Below are positions 44,296 through 55,716 of a DNA stretch of 64,000 nucleotides, in pieces. The notes beneath the pieces are model-generated. The model made no database searches. It was not told the origin of the DNA and saw nothing but the letters and a program-made list of their open reading frames with translations. Every line of letters starts with the position of its first letter. Position 1 is the stretch's first letter. The position numbers and the translations under genes are program-made. Origin of the DNA: a virus (Duplodnaviria; Caudoviricetes); IMG/VR virus record IMGVR_UViG_3300026549_000032, positions 154,382-218,381 of that record; one strand, given 5' to 3'.

Positions 44296-45277
44296 AACAT
44301 TTATAAAACTTGATTTAATTATGAAGAATTTTATTTTAGGACTATTTTTACTTTTTAGTGTTAATGGAATGGCTATTCACGTCCACCATTTTCATCATTA
44401 TTCCCGCCCACATCACCATAGTCACGTGACAACTCAGACAAGAAAGGTACAATCTCACAAAGCTCGTCCAAGAATAAGACGACATGACACAAAAGTAGTA
44501 AATACTTTCTGGCGCAATGGAGTCTTATATTATGTAATCCTTAGCCCAAAAAGAGGTCATGTTTATGAAAACAGGTTGGTTCTATGTGAGGGTTGTAACA
44601 AAGTGTTAGTTAAGAAAGGTGTAAAATACTGTAGCAAATGCAGAGGAATTAATAGACAAAAATAGTATGAACATGATTCAATCTGATTTAATAAAAGACA
44701 TCAAGCACTACAAAGAACTTGAATCTTCATTAGAACATTTAGAAGAACAGATAGACAAGGAAGCTCGGCAGTTGCTTAAAGAACTACAGAAGATTGATGG
44801 TTGGCAGTGCATGATTAAAGCTTGTAAAGACCACTATGCCAAGTATCCAAAGAAATTCTTCGACTGGTGCAGCGTGACACATACAGATAGTGCTGTGCAA
44901 TTTGTCAAGGGCTATTCTGACGGCGATGAATATGAAGTAATGGAAATTGACTTGCATAATTCATTAGCCATGCAAGTACGCAATAAGCAGATAGAACTAA
45001 GAGGGGAAGCACAGCGTAAGCAGCAAGAAATTAAGGAAAAAGAATTAGCCGAGCTAAAACGTCTTAAAGAAAAATATGAATGAAGGTAGCGAAATAGTAA
45101 AAAGAGAAAAGAAGTTAACCTTATGGGGTGTATTCTTAAGTTGGCTTGACAAGAAAACATGTCACCACGAATGGAAACTAGAACAAACTATTGAGTCTGG
45201 TTACAGTTACAAGAAATTCCTATACACTTGCACAAAGTGTGGGAAGTGGAAGAGAATTGAATTATGTAAGAGCTAAT

Positions 45278-45514
45278 ATGGAAGAGAAAGTAATTGAAAT
45301 TATTGCAGACTTGCTCTATATAGAGGACAAAAGTAAGATAAAGCCTGAGTCAAGTATAACCGAAGACTTAGGCGGGGACTCACTGGATAAGGCTGAACTC
45401 GTCATGAAGATTGAATCTGACCTAGGAGTAACAATCTTAGATGAAGGTGATCCATACTTTGATACAGTGGGAGATGTAATAAGATTAGTAAAAGAAAAGA
45501 AAGGAGAGAATTAA
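45278..45514 (+). CDS. acpP: acyl carrier protein
   Basis: 78-aa acidic protein with DLGGDSLD (phosphopantetheine Ser), ELVMKIE and TVGDVI. Confidence 0.85.
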   Translation: MEEKVIEIIADLLYIEDKSKIKPESSITEDLGGDSLDKAELVMKIESDLGVTILDEGDPYFDTVGDVIRLVKEKKGEN

Positions 45515-45688
45515 TCTCTCTTCTTTTTTATCCAATCAATAAGCTCTTTCCACAAAGGCTTGCTTGGGAGTTTAGGCATAATTGCTTCAAATGCCTTACA
45601 AGCCATGATTGTTACATAAAGGCAAGGTATTAGTACTATAACTAACAGTACTATAACTACAATTAAGATCCAATTAAGTATTGACATA

Positions 45689-46165
45689 TTACTTGGCGTA
45701 GAAAGCTGTTATTTCTTTTTCTACTTCCTGATCCAAGTCTTCCTTTGTCATTTCAACGAGATTCTTTGGATCAAGGACTAGTGTTCCTTTCTTACTAGTC
45801 TTCTTATAGATACCGCTGCCAGTTATCGTCACTACTCTTTCAGCACTTACCAGGATGACAGGCCACTTATATCCATAAACGTTGCTGGTTGAAACCTTTA
45901 CCACATTAGTGAAGTAATAAGTAGTCTTTCTTTCCTTATCGAAGTATTTATAATTTTTCCCGAGTCTCTTGTCCGTATTAAGCTTAAAGTCTTCTATTAA
46001 CTGCTCAATATGCTGTTTCTCAAGAATTCTCCCTTTAAGGGAATTTTCATATTTCTCAATGTTGTTCTCTAGAAGAGATATCTTGGCTTTTCCTAATATA
46101 TACATTTTATCTTCGTAGTTATATCGTTCATGAATTTGTTTGCACTCGACTGAACTATGTTGCAA
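45689..46165 (-). CDS. coiled-coil + GK-motif family protein
   Basis: RLGKNYKY...EMTKEDL. Confidence 0.5.
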   Translation of the reverse strand: MQHSSVECKQIHERYNYEDKMYILGKAKISLLENNIEKYENSLKGRILEKQHIEQLIEDFKLNTDKRLGKNYKYFDKERKTTYYFTNVVKVSTSNVYGYKWPVILVSAERVVTITGSGIYKKTSKKGTLVLDPKNLVEMTKEDLDQEVEKEITAFYAK

Positions 46166-46554
46166 GCCTCAGTTAAAGTTATCTCTTTGCTCATCTTCTC
46201 AAGATAGCTAGGACGATAGCACACACTATATCCTTCAGTTCTTATTGAGGTATCTTCGATTGTAATTCCCTTAGGACTTATTCGAACTTTAGTACATTCC
46301 AGGGCAAGAACCGGCTCGTCATACCTAGAGTCTCTCCCACAGATAATCTCTACCTCTTTTATTCCAAGATAGAGAGTGGTCAGTTGACCTTCCTTAACGA
46401 GTATATTCTTTCCCATGTACTCTTTGATTAACTGATTTCTTTTCTCTGTCAGATCTCTTAGCTCGTCTTTTAAATCAGCAATCTGCCTTTTGGTAGTTTC
46501 AATACTGTCTTCTGTTTTCTTTAATCGATTCTTAAGTATATCTAATTCTTCCAT
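46093..46554 (-). CDS. coiled-coil + GK-motif family protein
   Basis: EYMGKNILV...EITLTEA; minus-strand CCTTAAGAGTG 1 nt before ATG. Confidence 0.55.
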   Translation of the reverse strand: MEELDILKNRLKKTEDSIETTKRQIADLKDELRDLTEKRNQLIKEYMGKNILVKEGQLTTLYLGIKEVEIICGRDSRYDEPVLALECTKVRISPKGITIEDTSIRTEGYSVCYRPSYLEKMSKEITLTEACNIVQSSANKFMNDITTKIKCIY

Positions 46555-46555
46555 A

Positions 46556-46588
46556 CACTCTTAAGGTGGTGGGATAGCCTTATAGATG
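46556..46588. promoter_or_regulatory. back-to-back CCTTA-N4-TG motifs
   Basis: Minus-strand CCTTAAGAGTG (46566-46556) and plus-strand CCTTATAGATG (46578-46588). Confidence 0.65.
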
Positions 46589-49067
46589 AATAATTAAAGA
46601 AAATTAATATGAAAAAGAATGATTGGATAAGAATCGTATTTGATGTTTTGATGAGAGTTGGATATGAGGATAATAAACAAGATTCCATCTCGGAGTGGTG
46701 TACTAAGGATGGTTTTAATAACCCCGTATTCGTTAAGAAACTTGACTTAAGTCAGGTAGATAAACTTAAGCTATGGAATAGTAACAGCTGGATCGATTCT
46801 GTGGCAGTTACTGCTACGGAGGAAGATTTTTCAGATGCATGTGACTCTGATATACGCGTGGCTATTAATGATGGTCTTGGTCATCGTAATTTCTTGTATA
46901 TCAATGAGTTAAGTAGTGAAAATGTAGGTGCTATAGCAACACGAGTTAGTACTTTAGCTACTATAAAACCAAAAGAACTTAATCTTTGGGAACTATCTAA
47001 TGTAATAAAAGAATATGCTAATTCAGCAGCATCCTTCTCCAAGGAAGTGAAAATCGTTCTTGTGAATAGGGAAGGAACTATAGTCGATAAGCGTGGACTT
47101 TATACTGGTAGTCTAGAAAACCCCGAGAACATAGCAACCATAATAAATGGGAAGGAATCAGTTAATATATACGTGACAATATGATACCAACAACGGTTAT
47201 TATCAGTGGAGCAGCTTTCTTGATAGGAGTTGCATTGGGCGTAGGTAAGAAGGCCTACGATATTAAGAAAAGAAAGAATAAAAGTGGGAAAGCATAAGAA
47301 ACATAAGAAGCAAAAACAAAAATTCAAACAACTAGTCAAGAGACTACCTCCCATCACCAGAGAAGAACAAGCAGTTGGTGCTGCATACTTCATCTGGCGT
47401 GTAGGGAAAGGTAGAAACGACTTAGTTATCCCAGAGAACTTGACCAAGGAATGGTTTAAGATTGATGGAACCATAACCTTGGAAGAGAAGAAGGGAAGAA
47501 TGTTTATCGGCTTTGATACCCTGGATGTATGTCCTCTAGTGGAATTTGAAACAGAATTTCAAGGGAAGCTAGAAAAATTACTCAGGGAAGCCATAAACGA
47601 CAGTAAAATTTAAGGAAGGGACGTTGGTCCTTTCTTTTTACCTTACTGATGAAATATGGAAATTGATTATAAATTACACAGAGCAGAAGAATTAAGAAAA
47701 TTAAAAGACTTTTTCGAAAATTGTATTAATCGAGAGAATCCAGATTCGGTAGCAGGTAATTTTGGAAGGAGTGGAGTATTCTTTGGGAATGTCATCCAGT
47801 ATTGTAGCTTCGAAGTTCCTGCTAAGGCCATGGAGGAAATCTATAGGCATAATAAAGAGAAGATTGAATCTGATCTTTATTACTATGGAAGACTTAAAGA
47901 GTGGAAAGATGTTTGGGATCGCTCCACAAATAGGTCTTACATATCCCCGATTTCTGAGAGTGTTCTCTTAGTTTTGGCACGAATGAACTGTCAAGACAAG
48001 TCAATTACTAAGACTGATAAGAAGACTGTTATTGACTTCACTACTGAAGGCGGTTATTGTAAAGTCAGTATAGAGATCAAGAAGAAAGAAAATTCATATT
48101 GGGACGATGAGTCTGAACTGACCTACTCCGTTAATGGAGAAATAGAAACGACTTATTGGCCTGGTGATATAATTAATAGATTATGTTCGGAGAAAATTTA
48201 AAACAAGAGAAACTAGATCAAGAATTAAGTAAGAGATTAGTGGCAATAGGTATGCCAGTTAATTCTTTCCCGACTGGGACAGGCATTCACTTTATTGACC
48301 ACTTTGGCAATAATTGCGAAGAGACTAAAACCCATTACGACTGTCCCTTAGAGGAGGCTCTTAAGTGGTTCCGAGATTGTAAGCATATCCACATTAATCC
48401 TGGTCAGTATACAACCTTAGGGAAAGATGGGACTAAACATCTTTGGGGCTATGCCATAGTAGAAACTATTGGTGAGCATAGAGCTCTAAACGATGGCAAT
48501 CCAGATAATAACTATAACCGATATGAAGATGCGGCTATAGCTGGAATCAAATGGGTATTGGCTAACGTGGCAGTAACCATGACTGTGGCTGAACTCAGAG
48601 AGGCTTTGAAGGATGCTAAACCAGAAGCCCTAGTGACGGACGTCCTTGGCTCTGGACTCGTAAAAGTTGAGGTAGATGGGAAGGGTGTTGTACTTAACTT
48701 TGCTGGTGACAAATGAACTTAGAAGCAAAGCAGACGGATATCGTTAGAACAATTAATGAACTCCTCAAAAGAGATTATAGTAGCCCGTTTATTATCTATG
48801 CCTTGACAGGTTACCTGAAGAGCTCTCATCGTGGGGCTAAAGGATATACTCACCTGAAGGAGAAGATCACCCGTTATGTGCCAACGAAGCTTAATATTCA
48901 CGTCTTCAATCAGAAGGCAGATCCAAGAGCCTATTTCCCAAAGCAAGCATTAGCGGTGGAGATAGAAGGACATAAGAATGTCATGTTAGTTGGTCAGAAG
49001 AACTTTAAGAAATACTGTAGACGAATCTATGGTGGAATGAAAAACTTAGAAGAACTGATAATGATGT

Positions 49068-49601
49068 ATGAAAACAATTATAGTTAACTTGATTGGTGGG
49101 CCTGGGACTGGTAAGAGTACCCTTATGGCCCAACTTTATGCAGACCTTAAAATACTCGGAATAGAAGCTGAGATGGCACCAGAGTACGTCAAGGAGAAGG
49201 TTTGGGATGAATCATTCAAGGTCATGGACGACCAAATCTATGTGTTTGGTAAACAGCTACATAGAATCAACCGCCTGATCGGGAAAGTACAAGTTGTGAT
49301 ATGTGATTCACCTCTCCTGAATTCGATTGTCTATGATCAGAGCCAGAATGAGAAGTTTGCTGAGTTGGTTATAGACCAGTTTGGAAGATTCCCTAACCTC
49401 AACTTCTTCATTGAAAGAAGTACGTCCTACATCGTCAAAGGCAGACTTCAGACAGAGGAAGAAGCTAGAGAGATTGATGATAAATTCTTAGAGGTCATGG
49501 CCTTGTATCATATTCCCTTTGATATAGTGAACAAGGATCAGGCCAAGTATGTGATTATAAATCGAATCTTAGATGAGTGTAAAGAAGTTCGGGAAGTATA
49601 G
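49068..49601 (+). CDS. P-loop kinase, AAA_28/NadR-like
   Basis: NLIGGPGTGKST Walker A, EYVKE, ICDSPLL. Confidence 0.7.
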   Translation: MKTIIVNLIGGPGTGKSTLMAQLYADLKILGIEAEMAPEYVKEKVWDESFKVMDDQIYVFGKQLHRINRLIGKVQVVICDSPLLNSIVYDQSQNEKFAELVIDQFGRFPNLNFFIERSTSYIVKGRLQTEEEAREIDDKFLEVMALYHIPFDIVNKDQAKYVIINRILDECKEVREV

Positions 49602-51259
49602 ATCCGTTGATCCTCGCTACTACAATGTTCCCTATAAGTACTTAACCAGTGTTAGAGGGAAGAACGTAGATGGCAAGGATAAGTGGAGATACGAAACCTA
49701 CGAAGAATTTAGGGCTAAGTACAAGGATAGGTGGGGAAAAGACATCACCGAAGAAGAATTCAATGCCGTCGTCAAATACTATAAGGAGAATCGTCCAGAC
49801 TGGGATCGTGATGGAGACATAAGAGAGAAGATCACTATCAAAGAAGGTAAGGACAAATCTCTTTGTATCGTTGACTTCTTCGGCAAGAGGCTGGCCCTGG
49901 TAGGATGGCGAAACAATAAAACCTATTCAATCTCCATGCCTAAAGTCTACCCAATTGTTTGGGAAGGTAAGAAAGGTTATATCTTGTATCACGATCAAAA
50001 GCTTCTCTTCACCGACCGGTGGGGATGGGTGTTCTAAAAATGATGTACTTTCCATTAGCCCCTACACAGGAACGGATCGATTCTCTCTATAAGAGAGATC
50101 TTTATGTGAAAATAGCAGCTGCCATGGGAAAACCCGAACAAGCTGAGAAGTTGTACCAGGATGCAGTCAACAGGTACAAAGACTCATTCAGGTGGCAGGC
50201 TCAGTGTGCTAGATCCTATAAGATTCCAGAATTCTATAGAGACTACTGGTTTGGAGTTGATGGCAGCACCGACTGTTCCATCCTAATTGAGAATGGAATA
50301 AAAGTTGTCGCAGAGCACTACGTCAAACTGCTCAGAGACACTTTAGAGAATATTGCCTTAGACGAATATGTGATATTTGATCATAAGGAAGCTTTAAAGA
50401 TGTCTACAGTTCCGGTGGGAAGAAAAGAGAGACTCTTAGAAGAGATCAAGAAATGTGAAGAGAACGTTAAAGGAGCCTTTGACAAGTACATCAGGTCAGA
50501 GGCAATCTTCACAAATCCATCTCACCTGAGGACTACTGTGTTTAGAATCGGGGCAGCACAGGGAACTATTTTCCGTAATGATAGGACCGATGCAGAGTCC
50601 ACTTTTGAAAATAATTACAACTACCTAAAAAGATCATCTGGGACTGCTTACTTTGGTAAAAAAGCCGTTTGGGAAAGGATGTCTCAGGTTGTAGGAAAAG
50701 AAGTAACTGAGAAGAATTATAAAGATCTTTGGGCTGACTACGGCTTCTTCTACTGCCGAATCTTGAACGGAGAAATAACAGATATCAGAGAAATATGAGC
50801 AAAAGAAAATGGTTATCACCTGAGGAATTCGCTAAAGCACAAGCAGCGGCTCGGGAAGCAAGAAAGAAAACAACTTGCGCGTTTAACAATTACGAAGACG
50901 TCACCCAGGAAATGGTTGACAAGTTCTGGGAGAAACCAGCATACACAAAGAACCTAGTTGGGCTAGACAACATTCGGTTCGAATGGAAACCGGCCTACGA
51001 GAAGGCTAAGAAGAACGTAGCCATGCTGGATTATCCTATGTCACCGTCGTACACTATTCACTTCGATCGGGAGGCCAACCTGAAGATTATGATTCATCAT
51101 GGTTGCTCTTGGTCTGCTCAAAACCACCTACATCACTATGCAGGAAAATGTAAAGATTATTTCAAGATCTACACGTCTGCATGGTCTGTAGTGGATGAAG
51201 GAGTGTGGGAACTTTTATATGATGGACAAAAAGAAAAGAAGGAGATTTAATGTCTCCTT

Positions 51260-51715
51260 TTATTTTTCATTGATGAATAGATTATCAACGGATCTCTTAA
51301 TACTATCAACTTCAGCTTTAAGTCTCTTTTCGAACTCCTTGAGAGTAACTTCAGACTTATCCAGCCTCTCTGGTTCAATACCTATTCCACAATACCCCTG
51401 CTGTTCCCTGATAAAACCACGAGAACCAACAGAAAATATACAACTAGCTTTTATCTTAACCACGGGTGGTTTTGTCCCATTTAACCAAACCTCAGCACTA
51501 CTAACGTTTTTGATATAGTACCAATCATTCCAGTTATCTGATAGGAAAACTATAAAGTTCTTTCCTATATATTTTTCTGCATCAATACCAGAATCTATTT
51601 TCTCAAGCTCATATTTTTTCTGATTAAGCTTGGTTGATATCTCTTTCTCCTTCTGTTCTAGCTCGTAGATCTGCCTAATTAGTTTTCCCCGTTTTTCGTT
51701 CATAAGACTTAACAA
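51260..51715 (-). CDS. coiled-coil + GK-motif family protein
   Basis: KYIGKNFIV...EVTLKEF. Confidence 0.55.
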   Translation of the reverse strand: MLSLMNEKRGKLIRQIYELEQKEKEISTKLNQKKYELEKIDSGIDAEKYIGKNFIVFLSDNWNDWYYIKNVSSAEVWLNGTKPPVVKIKASCIFSVGSRGFIREQQGYCGIGIEPERLDKSEVTLKEFEKRLKAEVDSIKRSVDNLFINEK

Positions 51716-52094
51716 AACTTTTAAGTAATTTTTCTATGTCTCTATAAATCTGTTCTTCACTAACCTCTTTAAGTCCTTCAAAGGTCATTCGGTTAAGGAA
51801 GACTTCAGCATTTACTCTCTCACTAAAGGAGTAATCACCTTTAAGCATACACCAATACTCAACCACCCTCTCAGCTTTCATAAGGTAGGCATAGTCCGAG
51901 GTTGGGTTCTTTCTAAGATCTTTTACATTAATATAATACTGTGATTGTCCTTGAGAATGACTTACAAAGCATTTCCCAATCACAGCCTCACGATCTTTAG
52001 CTAGTTCTTGATCCTTAGATATTGCTAGCTCTTGTTCTTTATCCGCCAGCTTTCTCTTCAGGTCTCTAATTTCTTTTTCCAATTCTTCTTTCAT
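51675..52094 (-). CDS. coiled-coil + GK-motif family protein
   Basis: AVIGKCFV...EVSEEQI; minus-strand CCTTAATCATG 1 nt before ATG. Confidence 0.55.
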   Translation of the reverse strand: MKEELEKEIRDLKRKLADKEQELAISKDQELAKDREAVIGKCFVSHSQGQSQYYINVKDLRKNPTSDYAYLMKAERVVEYWCMLKGDYSFSERVNAEVFLNRMTFEGLKEVSEEQIYRDIEKLLKSFVKSYERKTGKTN

Positions 52095-52095
52095 A

Positions 52096-52129
52096 CATGA
52101 TTAAGGATTTTCTCTTTGCCTTATGGATG
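52096..52129. promoter_or_regulatory. back-to-back CCTTA-N4-TG motifs
   Basis: Minus-strand copy 52106-52096 and plus-strand CCTTATGGATG 52119-52129. Confidence 0.65.
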
Positions 52130-52158
52130 ATAATGAAATTTTATAAACAAACCAAACT

Positions 52159-53373
52159 ATGATTGTAAGAAGTTTAATAGAAAACGACACGTACAAATGG
52201 AACATTTCATATTTCTATATGAAGAATTATCCGTTTGCAGAAATTGAGTTTGAATTTTTCGATCGTCAGAGGACACCAGTCGACCAAGACTTCGTGGACC
52301 AGTTCAACCTGGAGTTTGCTAAGCTAACCATGCTTAAGCCACAGACAGGTGAGAAGGAGTTCATGATCAAGAGCTTTTACTGGTTGCCGAAGTGGTTCTT
52401 CGATTGGTACTTCGCATACTTCCGCTTCAAGTCGGACTGTGTACATGCCTTCTTGAGAGAGGATAGTTCGTTTGGCTGTAAGTTCTTTGGATCAGCTGCC
52501 GAGAAGACTTTTTATGAGATGCCAATCCTTATGATCTTTACTGCCCTTATGGAGCGTTACCGTGGAATGGACACGAAGGTCAATATGAAGGAAGTTGAGG
52601 ATATTGCCATGGCTCAAATTGAGTTGAGTAACAACCATAAGCTCTACTTCAGTGAGTTCGGTATGAGACGTAGATTCTCTGCGAACGTACAGGACTTTGT
52701 TGACAAGCTTATTGTGGATAATGCTAAGTATTGCATCGGTAACTCTAACTGTTACCTGGCCTTTAAGTTGGGTCAGAAAGTAAGTGGAACCATGGCTCAT
52801 GAAGTTCAGATGATGGTACAGGCTTTCCATGGTTATGTACTCGGAGGTTATCATACCGCTCAACAGTGGATGAATACATTCAACGGAGATGTTGGTATAC
52901 TTCTCCCCGATACGATTGGTAGAAAGCAGTTCCTGAACAACCTGACCAAACTACAGGCAAAGGCTTGTGATGGTTTCCGTCATGATTCAGGTCCATGGGA
53001 GGACTTCACAACAGATGTAATCAGGAGGTTGAACGAACTTAACGTAGATCCAAGGAAGAAGACTTTTGTATATTCAGACAGCATTAATATGTTCACCTAC
53101 GACGACATTCACAATAATGTTCAAGGTCGGGTAGGATTTGATCCCGCTGGAATAGGTGGTGCATGGACTAATAACACTGGAATTGAGGGTGCTAAAGTAG
53201 AGTGTGTATGTAAGATGACACGGACTAGAATCAACAAGACCAGTCCTTGGAGACCGACTGTTAAAGTACCCGACACTGATGGTAAGTACATGGGCGATAA
53301 GGAAGAAATCAAGACGGTTCTCCGTCAATGCGAAAGAATGGATGAACTTAAGAGACATTTCCCTGACGCATGA
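52159..53373 (+). CDS. pncB: nicotinate phosphoribosyltransferase
   Basis: SLIENDTYK, FSEFGMRRRFS, GTMAHE, LPDT, GFRHDSG, YSDS. Confidence 0.9.
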   Translation: MIVRSLIENDTYKWNISYFYMKNYPFAEIEFEFFDRQRTPVDQDFVDQFNLEFAKLTMLKPQTGEKEFMIKSFYWLPKWFFDWYFAYFRFKSDCVHAFLREDSSFGCKFFGSAAEKTFYEMPILMIFTALMERYRGMDTKVNMKEVEDIAMAQIELSNNHKLYFSEFGMRRRFSANVQDFVDKLIVDNAKYCIGNSNCYLAFKLGQKVSGTMAHEVQMMVQAFHGYVLGGYHTAQQWMNTFNGDVGILLPDTIGRKQFLNNLTKLQAKACDGFRHDSGPWEDFTTDVIRRLNELNVDPRKKTFVYSDSINMFTYDDIHNNVQGRVGFDPAGIGGAWTNNTGIEGAKVECVCKMTRTRINKTSPWRPTVKVPDTDGKYMGDKEEIKTVLRQCERMDELKRHFPDA

Positions 53374-54578
53374 AAGAAATCTTAGACAGGAGTGAGAACT
53401 ATCTTAGGATTTTCATAAACGATAATTTTAAGATAGATTACTCACTTCCAAAGTATCGACCTCTCCTTGAGAAACTAAAGAAACATAAAGGTGGAGAAGA
53501 AGCTGGGGCTGTCTTCAGTGATGATGTAGCTAAATTACTTAACGGCTATCTTACGGAGGACATGCCAAGACCGGTGGATCGGCCACAGCCCTATAAAGCG
53601 AGTGAGAAAGGCCTTGCTTTGATGAAGGACCTGACTAGCCAATTAGTTGACAAGGAGTTCTTTGAGAATCTAACGGCTGATGACTTGACAATAATCGTCG
53701 ATAGGGAGAAAGGTAAAGGTCTGATTAGAAAGTACTATGCCGACTGGGTCGTTGATGTAGGAACACCTAACATACTCAACCCTGTATTTGTTGAGGAAGG
53801 TGTCTCTGGGGAGAAGATTCCCAGCAACTCCCTATCTGACGGTAAGATAGAGGAAGAAAAGAAATCCTCGATCTGGGCTCGCCTAAAGGAATATTGGCGG
53901 AAGAAAGACCGAACTGAGAAGGACTTGGCGAAGGTCATTGATGAAGCTATCGCTGAGGAAGAGGAGGCTAAAGATCCAGACTACTATAAGCTGGATGTCA
54001 TGGCATTCTTCGACTTAGTAAAACTAGAGACACAAAAGGAGACCGAAGATTACTATAACCGAATCTCTCCTTACCTAGTGGCCTTGAAGAAAGCTAAACA
54101 GATGGGTCAGGAAGCTCTTGTTGACCAATGGCTAGGAAGATTATTTATCATTAAGTATGAATCCTTCCTTCGGGCATCAGGTTTCCATCATAAGATCTCA
54201 GAAGCTCAGCTCGTCAACTTCATCAAGAAAACGAAGAAGGGCGTAGCTTTGACTTGGGTTAAGAACTTTGCTCACCCTATCCCTGATGAAGTTATTGAGA
54301 GAAAACTTAAGGCAGATTCACTCCATGTCTTTGACAATTATGTCATCCTTCATTACGATCCCGAGGGAAAAGTATATGCCCCGACGGAAAAAGAGAGGGA
54401 AGAAGAAAGACAGCGAAGAGCAGATCCCATCCTCTTTGGAGTCCTAGAGGAAAGTCACGACTTGTACTACATTGCCGACTGGGTTGATGAGTACTGTGAC
54501 TTGACCTTGGATAAGTTCCTGGAAGTCAGTGGCTTAGATAAAGCCCAACTTGAAATTGATGAGAAGATTAAGATATGA
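53370..54578 (+). CDS. conserved hypothetical phage protein
   Basis: C-terminal FDNYVILHYDP...DPILFG...YYIADWVDEYCDLTL. Confidence 0.55.
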   Translation: MKEILDRSENYLRIFINDNFKIDYSLPKYRPLLEKLKKHKGGEEAGAVFSDDVAKLLNGYLTEDMPRPVDRPQPYKASEKGLALMKDLTSQLVDKEFFENLTADDLTIIVDREKGKGLIRKYYADWVVDVGTPNILNPVFVEEGVSGEKIPSNSLSDGKIEEEKKSSIWARLKEYWRKKDRTEKDLAKVIDEAIAEEEEAKDPDYYKLDVMAFFDLVKLETQKETEDYYNRISPYLVALKKAKQMGQEALVDQWLGRLFIIKYESFLRASGFHHKISEAQLVNFIKKTKKGVALTWVKNFAHPIPDEVIERKLKADSLHVFDNYVILHYDPEGKVYAPTEKEREEERQRRADPILFGVLEESHDLYYIADWVDEYCDLTLDKFLEVSGLDKAQLEIDEKIKI

Positions 54579-54909
54579 TGAAAGTTCTAAGCAGCAGTGC
54601 TAAAGCTGAGTGGACTGGACCAGAGCCTATTCCGGTCTTTATGATTGGATACTGTCTCAAGGGTGGTAAAGCTTTCATGGCTCCCCTCGGAAAGATCTTT
54701 AGGAAAGATTCCCCAGAGAGAACTGGTCTTGCCCTGATAACAGGAAACTGTCTTGATGGAGGATTCCAAGTAGGACGTGCGCCAACGACGGATCAGGTAA
54801 CGAGTGATCTCATGGATATAGGTGTATTTGAGGTACCTCCCCACACTCGATATGTAACAGATGGAGAATGGATTTATTCAGAATCATTAATTTATAAAGG
54901 AAAAGTAGT

Positions 54910-55716
54910 ATGAAAGAAATTATTGGAAAGAAAAACTTGTTCTTAGGAATAGATATAGAGAACGATTTTGTCAGAGTGGATGGACGTCTGTCTGTACCTG
55001 GAGCAGAAGAAGGTTTAAAGAATACTGTTAAGTTCTTTGATACCTATGGAAAGTATATAACTGACGTAGCCTTAACCATCGATGACCATTATCCAACTCA
55101 CATCGGCTTAGCTGGTGCATGGAAACTAGCAGATGGTTCTGACTTAGTGCTAGCTGACGGAAAACCCACCGTTATTACAGCCCAGGACGTTAAAGATGGA
55201 AAATATATCCCCAAGTATCTGGACTTAGAGAGCGTTATAACCTACCTGGAGAAAATCGAATCACTAGGAGGTGTGCATATTATTTGGCCAGACCACTGCA
55301 TTCGTGGCTCTCAGGGACAAGCTATTCCAGAGGAACTTGTTCAGGCCTTAAAGAAATGGTCTCTTGCCAATAATGGTGCTCATTATAGTCTTATTCATAA
55401 AGGCTACTATGATGGCGCTGAAATGTATTCAGCTATATCGTTTGCTGATGGTTCTCAGCCTGATTTCGGAAAGGAGATCTTGGATGCTATTGCTGACGAG
55501 GATTACGACAACATCTTCGTGGCTGGTTTCGCTAAAGATTTCTGTGTAAAGAGCACTCTCCAGGATATCATGAAGGATGATCGTTTCTGTGGAAAACTAA
55601 TTCTCCTCGACGATTGTATGGCTTCAATTGATCCTAATGATGAGATCACACAGGAGATTTGGGAAGAACTCGAAGACAACTTTGGTGCAGAAGTATGGAG
55701 GACGGAAGACCAGTAA
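54910..55716 (+). CDS. pncA: nicotinamidase (isochorismatase family)
   Basis: IDIENDF..GRLSVPGA, DDH..TH, WPDHC, KG..EMYSA, AGFAKDFCV. Confidence 0.85.
   Translation: MKEIIGKKNLFLGIDIENDFVRVDGRLSVPGAEEGLKNTVKFFDTYGKYITDVALTIDDHYPTHIGLAGAWKLADGSDLVLADGKPTVITAQDVKDGKYIPKYLDLESVITYLEKIESLGGVHIIWPDHCIRGSQGQAIPEELVQALKKWSLANNGAHYSLIHKGYYDGAEMYSAISFADGSQPDFGKEILDAIADEDYDNIFVAGFAKDFCVKSTLQDIMKDDRFCGKLILLDDCMASIDPNDEITQEIWEELEDNFGAEVWRTEDQ

Noticed and set aside
45630-45662. Short tandem duplication AGTACTATAACTA(A)C
   Set aside because: Only two copies, inside a probable small minus-strand TM-peptide gene; no sign of an array.
54575-54913. FMAPLGK as another capsid-like fragment
   Set aside because: The match is too short and the ORF lacks the MxW/F tag.
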